Below are positions 9,141 through 17,878 of a stretch of DNA of 43,829 nt, in pieces. The notes under the pieces are model-generated. The model was given only the letters and a program-made list of their open reading frames with translations, ran no database searches and was not told where the DNA came from. Origin of the DNA: Pseudomonadota bacterium (GTDB taxonomy: Bacteria; Pseudomonadota; Gammaproteobacteria; Steroidobacterales; Woeseiaceae); the NCBI GenBank assembly GCA_039187375.1, contig JBCCZN010000001.1, positions 1-43,829 of the forward strand, read 5' to 3'. Every line of letters starts with the position of its first letter. The stretch's first letter is position 1. Made by a program: the position numbers and the translations under genes.

Positions 9141-9593
9141 ATGCCTGTTGAAAACCCGCTACAAACTGAACGACGCGCGCTTATTGTCGATTTATTGCAG
9201 GACCGGCCCGCCCGCACCCAGGCCGATATCGCTGACGCGCTGCGCGCCCGCGGCCACGATGTCACGCAATCCAGCGTCAGTCGTGATCTACGCGAACTGC
9301 GGGTGATCAAGGATGCCAGCGGCTATCGTCTTCCTGACAACGACTCGCAGCGCTCGAGCGAGCTGGAGTCAGCCGCCGAGTTCATTCGCAGTATCGCGAC
9401 AGCCGGTGCCAATCTTGTGGTCGTCAAAACGGCGATCGGGGCCGCCCAGCGCGTCGCGCTCGAGATTGATCGGGCGGATTGGCCAGAGGTTGTGGGCACG
9501 CTCTCCGGCGATGACACCCTGTTCATCGCAACCGGTGGCACAACCGCTAGTCGGCAGTTGATTTCACGGTTGGAACCCAAATCGCAGCGTTGA
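9141..9593 (+). CDS. argR: arginine repressor
   Basis: 150 aa. The winged-helix N-terminus is 'QADIADALRARGHDVTQSSVSRDLRELRVIK'. The C-terminal oligomerisation/arginine-binding domain contains 'GTLSGDDTLFI'. I used an internal start within the longer ORF-track frame. Confidence 0.9.
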   Translation: MPVENPLQTERRALIVDLLQDRPARTQADIADALRARGHDVTQSSVSRDLRELRVIKDASGYRLPDNDSQRSSELESAAEFIRSIATAGANLVVVKTAIGAAQRVALEIDRADWPEVVGTLSGDDTLFIATGGTTASRQLISRLEPKSQR

Positions 9594-9611
9594 GGCTGAC
9601 GGACTATCACG

Positions 9612-10817
9612 ATGACCCAAGCTCCTATTTTGCTCGCATACTCCGGTGGACTGGACACTTCGTTCTGCATCCCCTGGCTAATCAACGAATACGATGCTCC
9701 GGTCATCACGATCACGATCGACACCGGCGGCATCGATGATCATGCCGCAGCAGATCTAGCCGCGCGCTCTAAGGCACTGGGAGCCATCGAGCACCACACA
9801 GTCGATGCGCGCGAGATCTTTTTCGACACGGTGTTGCGCTATCTGATTGCCGGCAACGTCAAACGTGGCCAGCTGTATCCGCTGTGTGTCGGCGCCGAGC
9901 GCGGCGTGCAAGCGCAGGAAATGGCGCGCGTTGCCTCTACACAGGGCGCGACACGGATCGCCCATGGTTGCACGGCGGCGGGCAACGACCAGGTGCGCTT
10001 CGAAGTGGCATTGGCCGCACTGGCGCCTGATGCCGAGGTGATTGCACCAGTGCGCGACAACGCCTGGCAACGCGAAGACCAATTGGCGTTCCTGCAATCG
10101 CGATCACTGCCGATACCGCCCTCCGGTGGTGACTATTCGATTAATCGCGGCCTTTGGGGTGTGACCATCGGCGGGCAGGAGACACTGACAAGCGCCGGAT
10201 CCATCCCGGAGAGCGCCTGGGTGTTATCCGCGGGCAAAATGACAGTACCCGAGCCGCCATCGGACCACAGCCTGACCTTCGCCAACGGCATACCAACTCA
10301 GCTGAACGGTGAATCATTGTCGCCGGTCGCATTAATCGAAGCGCTAGAAGCCCTCGGCGCACGCTATGCGATCGGTCGCGGCATTCATGTCGGTGACACC
10401 ATACTCGGTACTAAGGGTCGCGTGGCCTTTGAAGCACCCGCAGCGCACATTTTGATTGAGGCACATCGAGAACTGGAGAAACTGACCTTGAGCGGCTTGC
10501 AGCAGCGCGTCAAGGAGCCACTATCACTGACCTACGGCGACTTTGTCCATGAAGGCAAGCATCTGGATGCCGCATGTCGCGACATCGAAGCTTTGCTAGC
10601 CAGCTCGCAGACCTGCGTTACTGGCACCGTCCGCTTCACTTTGTCGGCCGGTAATTTGTTTGTCACCGGCGTCGACAGTGATCAATCACTGCTTGCCGCG
10701 ACCAAGGGTGTCTACGGCGAGGCAGCCGGGGAATGGTCACCGCGCGATGCACTGGGTTATGCGCGTATCCTGTCGCTACCCGGCATCCTCGCCACTCGAA
10801 CCGGGAACCAGACGTGA
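9612..10817 (+). CDS. argG: argininosuccinate synthase
   Basis: 'LLAYSGGLDTS' PP-loop, 'AHGCTAAGNDQVRFE', 401 aa. Confidence 0.95.
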   Translation: MTQAPILLAYSGGLDTSFCIPWLINEYDAPVITITIDTGGIDDHAAADLAARSKALGAIEHHTVDAREIFFDTVLRYLIAGNVKRGQLYPLCVGAERGVQAQEMARVASTQGATRIAHGCTAAGNDQVRFEVALAALAPDAEVIAPVRDNAWQREDQLAFLQSRSLPIPPSGGDYSINRGLWGVTIGGQETLTSAGSIPESAWVLSAGKMTVPEPPSDHSLTFANGIPTQLNGESLSPVALIEALEALGARYAIGRGIHVGDTILGTKGRVAFEAPAAHILIEAHRELEKLTLSGLQQRVKEPLSLTYGDFVHEGKHLDAACRDIEALLASSQTCVTGTVRFTLSAGNLFVTGVDSDQSLLAATKGVYGEAAGEWSPRDALGYARILSLPGILATRTGNQT

Positions 10818-11878
10818 GCAATCAACGTACGGTGATCGCCAGCAAGATTGCCTCGCTGGCCATGCACCAGGAGTTGTCGCGCGAGCTCAAGCTCTCCGCC
10901 GACATTGTTTGTGAGGAAGGCGTGCTGGTCGCCGTGGAAGTACTCAACAACAAGAGCCGTTATAACGTGCTCGAGCTCACCAGTGGCCGCCAGGCAGTCG
11001 TCAAGCGCGGTGACATCATCGTCGGCGCACTGGGTCATCGAAAAGCACTATTCGGTTATTCGGGCTCGCTGCCAGCACAATTGACACCGGGTGATATCGT
11101 ACAAATGCTCAATATCGGCGGCGTGCTTGGCCTGTGTGATTCCGCCAACCCGGATCTTGGCGACCCATTTGATTGTCGCGTGCTCGGGATGGTGATGAGC
11201 TTCCCGTATCTGGGAGAGCGTATCGGCGTACCTGCGCGTGCCGGTGCCGCTGCGTTGCCGGATATTCAACACCTCGATACACGAGGTGTGCCGGTCGTGG
11301 CGCTGGCCGGTACCTGTATGGATTCTGGCAAAACCGCCGCTGCGTGTGCGATCGTCAGTCAACTGCGCGCGCGTGGCCTCAAGGTCGCCGCGTGCAAATC
11401 CACAGGCGTCTCGTTGCGCCGCGACATTCTAGCCATGCAGGATGCCGGTGCCGGCGATGCTGCGCTGTTTTCCGATTTCGGCATCATGACGACCACGCGA
11501 GATAACGGCCCTGCACTGGCGCGAGCGCTACTCGACAGACTGGCCAGACCCGGCACTGATGTCATCGTCATGGAACTGGGTGATGGCTTGCTGGGCACCT
11601 ACGGTGTCGATGCAATTCTCGAGGACGAAGGCGTGCGCGAGGCGCTGACCAGCGTCGTGCTATGCGCTAATGATCCGGTTGCCGCCTGGGGTGGCGTGCA
11701 ACTGTTGGCCGATCGCTATGCGATTACACCGACGGTCGTGACCGGACCGTCCACCGACAATGCAGTCGGCGTAAACTTGATCCGCGAGCAACTGCACATC
11801 CCGGCCTGTAACGCACTGACCGAAGGGCGCGCGCTCGGCGATACCGTCTACGACGCTCTGGAGATCAAGGATGACTGA
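10814..11878 (+). CDS. uncharacterised protein with a C-terminal BioD/CobQ/DUF1611-type P-loop domain, embedded in the arg operon
   Basis: The GTG start forms a GTGA overlap with the argG stop, and the stop overlaps the argC ATG by 8 nt. 'LAGTCMDSGKTAAA' has the same G-T-x4-G-K-T spacing as BioD 'GTDTxVGKT'. It is followed by 'ACKSTG' and 'VIVMELGDGLLG', which parallels BioD 'EGAGG'. The N-terminal ~190 aa look beta-rich and have no motif I recognise. An alternative start is the ATG at 10862. Confidence 0.6.
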   Translation: MSNQRTVIASKIASLAMHQELSRELKLSADIVCEEGVLVAVEVLNNKSRYNVLELTSGRQAVVKRGDIIVGALGHRKALFGYSGSLPAQLTPGDIVQMLNIGGVLGLCDSANPDLGDPFDCRVLGMVMSFPYLGERIGVPARAGAAALPDIQHLDTRGVPVVALAGTCMDSGKTAAACAIVSQLRARGLKVAACKSTGVSLRRDILAMQDAGAGDAALFSDFGIMTTTRDNGPALARALLDRLARPGTDVIVMELGDGLLGTYGVDAILEDEGVREALTSVVLCANDPVAAWGGVQLLADRYAITPTVVTGPSTDNAVGVNLIREQLHIPACNALTEGRALGDTVYDALEIKDD

Positions 11879-12932
11879 CAGCAAACCCACGCCCGCGATC
11901 GTGTTGGGGGCCACCGGCTATGTTGGTGGTGAGTTCCTTCGCCTGATCGCTGATCACCCGCATCTTGAGTTGCGCGCGGCAATCTCCGGTTCGATGGTCG
12001 GACAAGCGATTGCCGATGCCTTCCCGCATCTGGCGAGCGTTTACCCCGATATGGACTTCACCGATGTCGACAGCGCACTCGAAGCACTGTCCGGCGAGAC
12101 GGTCGCCTGCTTCAGTGCGCTGCCGCACGCCAGTGCTGCGAAAGAAATTTCCACATTACTCGGCAAAGGTGCCGGCCACCGCGTGACGATTCATGTCGTC
12201 GACGCGTCGGCGGATTTTCGCTTTGCCAACGTTGCTGATTACGAGGCCATCTACGGCGAGCATGGTGCACCGAGTCTGAATGACTTATTCACCCGCGGCG
12301 TACCTGAACTGGTTGTCGGTGCCGACACGCAGCACGCCGCGCAACCGGGGTGCTTTGCTACAGCGATGCAATTGGCGATGGCACCGTTGATCAAGGTGCC
12401 CTTGTCGCAACCGACGTTTCAGGCGTTTGGTGTCACGGGTGCCACCGGTGCCGGTAAAACACCGTTAACGACCACCCACGCACCGGAACGGCACAGCAAC
12501 CTGTTCGCCTATAAACCGCTCAGTCATCGGCATGCGCCCGAGGTGGAGTCGCTGCTCGAGGTGCATACCGGTACGCGCCCAAACGTTCACTTTCTGCCGC
12601 ATGCAGGACCGTTCGCACGTGGCATTCATATGAGTGTGACCTGCGAGCCAGTCGAACCGGTGCACGCCGACCGGATTCGTGATGCATTCGAGGCAGCTTA
12701 TGATGATGAGCCATTCGTGCGCGTCATCGATGGTATGCCGCGCATCAAGAATGTGGTCGGGAGTAATTATGCTGAAATCGGTGTGGCCGCAACCGACAGC
12801 CAAATCGCGGTCACCGTCGTCATCGACAATCTGATCAAAGGCGCTGCAGGCGGTGCAATGCAATGGATGAATCGTCTGTTGGGCTGGCCGGAAACCACCG
12901 GTCTCACACGCACCTCACTGGGCTGGACATGA
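11871..12932 (+). CDS. argC: N-acetyl-gamma-glutamyl-phosphate reductase
   Basis: 'VLGATGYVGGEFLRLIADHP' Rossmann N-terminus, active-site 'QPGCFATA', 353 aa. Confidence 0.95.
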   Translation: MTDSKPTPAIVLGATGYVGGEFLRLIADHPHLELRAAISGSMVGQAIADAFPHLASVYPDMDFTDVDSALEALSGETVACFSALPHASAAKEISTLLGKGAGHRVTIHVVDASADFRFANVADYEAIYGEHGAPSLNDLFTRGVPELVVGADTQHAAQPGCFATAMQLAMAPLIKVPLSQPTFQAFGVTGATGAGKTPLTTTHAPERHSNLFAYKPLSHRHAPEVESLLEVHTGTRPNVHFLPHAGPFARGIHMSVTCEPVEPVHADRIRDAFEAAYDDEPFVRVIDGMPRIKNVVGSNYAEIGVAATDSQIAVTVVIDNLIKGAAGGAMQWMNRLLGWPETTGLTRTSLGWT

Positions 12933-14095
12933 GCGCGGCTGCACTCGAGTCCCGCTATACGCTGCCGGTCTATCCGCAACTGGATTTTGAACCATTACGC
13001 GGCGAGGGCGCCTGGCTAATCGACAAACAGGATCGTCGCGTGCTGGATCTTTACGGTGGTCACGCAGTGGCCGCGTTGGGTTACGACCATGCCGGACTGA
13101 TCGACTCGGTACGCACACAACTTGAGCAATTACCGTTTCAATCCAATGCGGTTGCCATGCAGGTGCGCGGTGACGCCGCCAAGGCGCTTGTGCAGCTGGC
13201 CCCAGCTCATCTGACCCAGGCATTTTTCGTCAATAGCGGCGCGGAGGCGAACGAAAACGCCTTGCGTCTTGCGTTTCTCGCTGGTGCCAATCACAAACGC
13301 CGGATTGTCGCCGTCTCGCACGCCTTTCATGGTCGTACCGCCGCCGCCTCGGCCGTCACCTGGGGCAGTGATAAGCGTTGGTTTGCCTTTCCGCAGACAC
13401 CGTTTGAAGTCAGCTATGTCGAACGCAATGCCGTCGATCAGGTTGACGCTGCATTCGATGACGATGTCGCGGCGGTTATTTTTGAACCAGTGCAAGGTGT
13501 TGCCGGCGCCTATGACCTCTCGATTGAGTTCATGCAGGCATTGGCAGGCGCTGCGCGTCGCGTCGATGCCTTGGTGATCGCCGATGAGGTACAAAGCGGC
13601 ATGGGTCGCAGTGGCAAACCGTTTGCGTTCGAGTGGGCCGGTATCGATGCCGATATCGTCACAGCGGCCAAGTCTCTGGGTGGCGGTATTCCCTGTGGTG
13701 CACTACTGAGCACGCAACGAATCGCTGATATTTGCCAGTTTGGTGATCTCGGTACAACCTTCGGCGGCGGACCGCTCGCATCCGCTGCGATCCGCACAGT
13801 CTGTGAAGCCATTACCGAACACGACCTGTGTGCGAACGCGGCGGCGCGCGAAGAACAGATCCGCGAGACCTGCGTTACCGGACCGGTGAGTGCGGTACAG
13901 GGTCGTGGGCTACTGATCGGTCTGCGTACCGCTGTGCCGGCCAAGCGCGTTCGCAACGCGCTGCTGAACGACAATATTCTCACGGGAACGAGTGCTGATC
14001 CGCACATCATTCGCCTGCTGCCACCGTTAACAATCGGTAGCGCCGACATCGAACGTCTGGCGAGTACCCTCGCCAACCTGAGCCTGGAGTCCTGA
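12929..14095 (+). CDS. argD: acetylornithine (acyl-ornithine) aminotransferase, class-III PLP enzyme
   Basis: ATGA overlap with argC. 'NSGAEANE', 'DEVQSGMGRSGKPFAFE' and 'TAAKSLGGG' (PLP lysine) are present. Confidence 0.9.
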   Translation: MSAAALESRYTLPVYPQLDFEPLRGEGAWLIDKQDRRVLDLYGGHAVAALGYDHAGLIDSVRTQLEQLPFQSNAVAMQVRGDAAKALVQLAPAHLTQAFFVNSGAEANENALRLAFLAGANHKRRIVAVSHAFHGRTAAASAVTWGSDKRWFAFPQTPFEVSYVERNAVDQVDAAFDDDVAAVIFEPVQGVAGAYDLSIEFMQALAGAARRVDALVIADEVQSGMGRSGKPFAFEWAGIDADIVTAAKSLGGGIPCGALLSTQRIADICQFGDLGTTFGGGPLASAAIRTVCEAITEHDLCANAAAREEQIRETCVTGPVSAVQGRGLLIGLRTAVPAKRVRNALLNDNILTGTSADPHIIRLLPPLTIGSADIERLASTLANLSLES

Positions 14096-14096
14096 C

Positions 14097-15104
14097 ATGC
14101 AATCGTTTCATCACCTGGCTGACTTGCCGACCGAACAGATTGAGGCACTCGTTGCGCTGGCCGCTCGACTGGATGCGCAGCCCGAGCCGCGTGCGCTCGA
14201 GGGCAAAGTCTTGTCGTTACTATTTCTGAGTCCGTCGCTACGCACGCTGGCGTCGTTTCAAGCCGGTATGGCAAGACTGGGTGGCGGCGCATTCGTGATT
14301 TCACCCGATATGTCGATTCATGGTCTGGAATCACGTTACGGCATTGTCATGGATGGCAGCGCAGCAGAGCATATTCGCGAGGCGATTCCGGTGATCGCCT
14401 CCTATGGCGATGCGATGGGGATTAGAGCGTTTGCCGATCGCAAAAACCTCGAAGATGACTTGGCTGAGAAGAGCTTTATGTCGTTTACAAAGCTAATCGA
14501 CAAGCCCTGGATCAACATGGAATCCGCGATGAGCCACCCTTGTCAGAGCCTGGCAGACTGGAAAACACTCGACGACTTCAACGTACCGCGCCAGGGTGGC
14601 AAATTTGTACTCAGCTGGGCCTGGCACCCGAAAGCACTGCCGCTGGCGGTACCCGCGAGCACACTGCATATGGCGGCCAAGCGCGGTATGGATGTCACCG
14701 TATTGCGCCCGGAAGGGTTCGAGTTGCCTGAACCGATCATGGCGCAGGCGCGTGCAGAGGCCGAGGCGAGCGGTGGCAGCGTGCGCGAAAGTGAAGATCG
14801 GGACGAGGCGATGCAAGGTGCGCAGATTGTTTATGCCAAAAGTTGGTCGTCAACGGCACACTACGGTGACAAGTTGCGTGATCAGATACAGCGCGAGGAC
14901 TTGCGCGACTGGTGTGTGGATGAAAGCTGGTTTGGCCCGGCTGCCGATGACTGCCGCTTCATGCATTGCCTGCCGGTGCGCCGCGGTGTTGTCGTCGCTG
15001 ATGAGATTCTCGATGGCCCCCGCAGCATTGTGATTGCCGAGGCGCGCAACCGAATGCTGGCGCAAATGGCAGTGCTCTATCAGATGATGGGAGCCGGTGC
15101 ATGA
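14097..15104 (+). CDS. argF': N-acyl-L-ornithine carbamoyltransferase (AOTCase/SOTCase type)
   Basis: Carbamoyl-phosphate motifs 'SPSLRT', 'HPCQ' and 'HCLPVRRG'. It has 'YAKSWSS' where anabolic OTCases have the 'D..SMG' ornithine loop. The overall pattern matches the Xanthomonas/Bacteroides acyl-ornithine transcarbamylases as I recall them. Confidence 0.8.
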   Translation: MQSFHHLADLPTEQIEALVALAARLDAQPEPRALEGKVLSLLFLSPSLRTLASFQAGMARLGGGAFVISPDMSIHGLESRYGIVMDGSAAEHIREAIPVIASYGDAMGIRAFADRKNLEDDLAEKSFMSFTKLIDKPWINMESAMSHPCQSLADWKTLDDFNVPRQGGKFVLSWAWHPKALPLAVPASTLHMAAKRGMDVTVLRPEGFELPEPIMAQARAEAEASGGSVRESEDRDEAMQGAQIVYAKSWSSTAHYGDKLRDQIQREDLRDWCVDESWFGPAADDCRFMHCLPVRRGVVVADEILDGPRSIVIAEARNRMLAQMAVLYQMMGAGA

Positions 15105-16030
15105 GTGGCACAACCGAACGCGCGATTGTCGTCTCGGCACTGAAACATGCCGCGCCCTATATCCGGCTGTTCAAACGCAAGGTGTTTGTTTTGAAGGCGG
15201 GCGGCGAGGTGTTTGCCGATGCCGAATCGACGCGCGCCCTGATGGAGCAGGTAGGCATCCTGCATCAGGTCGGCATTCGTGTGGTCATGGTACATGGCGG
15301 TGGTCCGCAATCGACTGAGCTGGCGCAAGCGCTGGGCGTCGATGCCAAATTCGTCGAGGGCCGACGGGTTACCGATGCCGAATCACTCAACGTCTCAGCG
15401 ATGGTGCTCAATGGTCAGATCAACACCCGTATTTTGGCAGCCTGCCGGGACCTTGGCATTCAGGCGGTTGGCATCTCCGGTGTCGACGCAGGCCTGATTC
15501 GTGCCCACCGGCGCCCGCCGGTACATACGGATCAGGGTGAGGTGGACTATGGTTTTGTCGGCGACATCGATGGCGTGGATGCGGACATCCTGCGCAAGCA
15601 GCTCGATAATGGTCTGATGCCAGTTGTCAGCCCGTTGTCGGCGGATCCTGACGGTGAGCTGCTGAATATCAATGCCGATACGGTTGCTGCAGCCATTGCT
15701 GCAGAGCTCGATGCCGAAAAACTGATCTTGTGTACCGGTGCCCCAGGTATCCTCGCCGATGCCAGCGATATCAGCTCACTCGTCAGCTACATCGACCGCG
15801 CGGGACTAGCCGAACTCAAAGCCGATGGCACATTGACCGACGGCATGCTGCCCAAGGCCGCGGCAATCGATCAGGCGCTCGCCAATGGTGTGCAACGCGT
15901 GCATATCATCTCGCATCGTTTGCCGGATAGTCTGCTGTTGGAGGTGTTCACTAATGAAGGTACCGGCACGCTCGTGGTGAACTCCATCGACGCACTGACG
16001 CCGGCTGAACAACACGGCAGCGCCACATGA
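15101..16030 (+). CDS. argB: acetylglutamate kinase (kinase-only length, no fused synthase domain)
   Basis: ATGA overlap with argF'. Amino-acid-kinase motifs 'FVLKAGGE' and 'VMVHGGGPQ' are present. Length is 309 aa. Confidence 0.9.
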   Translation: MSGTTERAIVVSALKHAAPYIRLFKRKVFVLKAGGEVFADAESTRALMEQVGILHQVGIRVVMVHGGGPQSTELAQALGVDAKFVEGRRVTDAESLNVSAMVLNGQINTRILAACRDLGIQAVGISGVDAGLIRAHRRPPVHTDQGEVDYGFVGDIDGVDADILRKQLDNGLMPVVSPLSADPDGELLNINADTVAAAIAAELDAEKLILCTGAPGILADASDISSLVSYIDRAGLAELKADGTLTDGMLPKAAAIDQALANGVQRVHIISHRLPDSLLLEVFTNEGTGTLVVNSIDALTPAEQHGSAT

Positions 16031-17214
16031 GTCGGCTCTGGGACAAGGGGGCCTCGCTCGATGAGCGTGTGTTGCGCTACACCGCCGGTGAAGATCATCA
16101 GCTAGATGCCCGTCTGGTGCGTTACGACGTGCAGGGTTCAACCGCGCATGCCGGGATGTTGCTGGCACAATCCCTGATCAGCTCAGACGATCATGCGGCC
16201 ATCGTCGAAGGACTGACACAGTTGGCCGCCGAACACGCCAACGGTGATTGGCACATTGCACTGGCCGAGGAAGATGTCCACACCGCACTCGAATCGCGCC
16301 TGACCGAGCGCATTGGTGCAGCCGGTGGCCGGCTGCATCTGGGGCGCTCACGTAATGATCAGGTGCTCACCGCCCTGCGGCTTTATTTGCGCGATGCGGT
16401 GAGCGGGTTGGCCGAGCAGACCAGTGGCGTCGTGCGGGCATTGTTCGAACTGGCCGGGCGCGAGGCCGAGACCGAGCTACCCGGATACACGCACATGCAA
16501 CAGGCGATGCCGAGCAGTGTGGCGCTTTGGGCTGGTGGCTTTGCGGCCAATTTGGATGACGACATTGAATCGCTCAAACGCGTCAATGCGCGTATCAATC
16601 AATCTCCATTGGGCAGCGCAGCCGGCTACGGCACGCCCGGCGTACCGATCGACCGCCGCCAGACGGCCGAGTCACTCGCCTTCGATCGAGTACAGGAACC
16701 AGTAACCGCTGTACAGCTCTCTCGTGGCAAGGCCGAGGCGCAATTGTGTTTCGAGATCACGTTGTTGCTGGGTGACGTAGCACGTATCGCCAGCGATCTG
16801 CTGCTGTTCTACACACAAGAATTCGCCTACGTCAGTCTGCCCGACTCACTGACGACCGGCTCGTCGATCATGCCGCAGAAACGCAACCCGGATGTGCTCG
16901 AGCTAGTCCGCGCCGCACCCGCAACCGCCCAAGCTTGCCTGGATGAATGCTTGATGCTCACGCTCAAACTAAGCTCCGGCTATCACCGAGATCTGCAGCG
17001 CTTGAAGGCACCGCTATTCCGGGCAATTGATCTGGCCGATGACACGCTGGCCATCATGCAGCCGTTGCTCGACGGCGTCCGCTTCAAGCCGGACAACATC
17101 CAAATGAGTAAGGGCTTGTATGCCACAGAGGCGGCAAATCGACTGGTGGTCGAAGAGGGCATGACATTCCGCGACGCCTATAAGCAAATCGGCAAGCAAT
17201 TCAGCGCAGACTGA
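16027..17214 (+). CDS. argH: argininosuccinate lyase (short form)
   Basis: ATGA overlap with argB. Has 'GRSRNDQV' and the fumarate-lyase signature 'GSSIMPQKRNPD'. At 395 aa it ends shortly after 'FRDAYKQIG'. Confidence 0.9.
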   Translation: MSRLWDKGASLDERVLRYTAGEDHQLDARLVRYDVQGSTAHAGMLLAQSLISSDDHAAIVEGLTQLAAEHANGDWHIALAEEDVHTALESRLTERIGAAGGRLHLGRSRNDQVLTALRLYLRDAVSGLAEQTSGVVRALFELAGREAETELPGYTHMQQAMPSSVALWAGGFAANLDDDIESLKRVNARINQSPLGSAAGYGTPGVPIDRRQTAESLAFDRVQEPVTAVQLSRGKAEAQLCFEITLLLGDVARIASDLLLFYTQEFAYVSLPDSLTTGSSIMPQKRNPDVLELVRAAPATAQACLDECLMLTLKLSSGYHRDLQRLKAPLFRAIDLADDTLAIMQPLLDGVRFKPDNIQMSKGLYATEAANRLVVEEGMTFRDAYKQIGKQFSAD

Positions 17215-17246
17215 CGCCCGATCGGCGCACGCGTTACACTGGCAAG

Positions 17247-17678
17247 ATGATCTGGTTCAACGATACGATGCCGGCGCTGTCGGCACTCAACCAACTCAGC
17301 CAAAACACATTGCTAGAGACGCTCGATATTCGTATGGAGGAGATTGGTGATGATTTCCTGCGGGCGAGCATGCCGGTTGACCACCGCACGCATCAGCCTT
17401 ATGGACTGCTGCATGGCGGTGCCAATGTTGTGCTAGCGGAATCCCTTGGCAGCACCGCGGGCGCCTGCTGTGTCGATGTGCGCCAGTGTCGCATCGTCGG
17501 ACTCGACATTAATGCGAACCACCTTCGCAGCGTCACCAGCGGCCGTGTCACCGGTACCGCGACCGCGCGTCACCTCGGCCGCAGCACACAGGTCTGGAAT
17601 ATCGACATTGTCGATGAACGCGGCAAGCTCATCTGTACGTCACGTCTGACCAATGCGGTCATCGCGATGAATCGATAA
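17247..17678 (+). CDS. PaaI/YbdB-family hotdog-fold thioesterase
   Basis: 'HQPYGLLHGGANVVLAESLGS' and a C-terminal 'GR..Q.W...I.DE.GKL' pattern. Length is 143 aa. Confidence 0.85.
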   Translation: MIWFNDTMPALSALNQLSQNTLLETLDIRMEEIGDDFLRASMPVDHRTHQPYGLLHGGANVVLAESLGSTAGACCVDVRQCRIVGLDINANHLRSVTSGRVTGTATARHLGRSTQVWNIDIVDERGKLICTSRLTNAVIAMNR

Positions 17679-17878
17679 TGACCCGAACCCGACTCTTTTT
17701 ATTGAGTGTAGTGCTGTCCTTTGGCGTGTCTGCTTGCGGCCAAACCGGTGAACTGTACCGACCAGACGCCGCGCCCGTTCCTTCACCGGTATCGCCACCG
17801 CCGCGTGACGTGACACCGGACACGCTGCCCACCCCTGCCAACGAAGAAGCCGATGACGAAAAAACTGCTGCTGGTTGA
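17678..17878 (+). CDS. lptM: small lipoprotein, LptM/YifL-like
   Basis: Lipobox 'VSAC' followed by 'GQTGELYRPD' (compare YifL 'CGLKGPLYFP'), then a Pro-rich tail. There is a 1-nt overlap with the upstream stop and a 26-nt overlap with the polA start. Confidence 0.6.
   Translation: MTRTRLFLLSVVLSFGVSACGQTGELYRPDAAPVPSPVSPPPRDVTPDTLPTPANEEADDEKTAAG

Noticed and set aside
8805-9593. Long N-terminal extensions offered by the ORF track (argR 262 aa; also 10733, 12863, 28007, 34650, 35873, 37222, 38238, 42435, 22693, 34639, 25454 and 6447)
   Set aside because: Each extension overlaps the neighbouring gene or a promoter region and adds non-homologous sequence. Internal ATG/GTG starts give family-typical lengths, good RBSs or ATGA/GTGA coupling.
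13510-14334. 274-aa minus-strand ORF antisense to argD/argF'
   Set aside because: It lies entirely within two well-supported + strand genes. Its translation is Arg/Ser/Ala/Pro-rich, which is typical of antisense frames in GC-rich DNA. It has no RBS and no recognisable motif.
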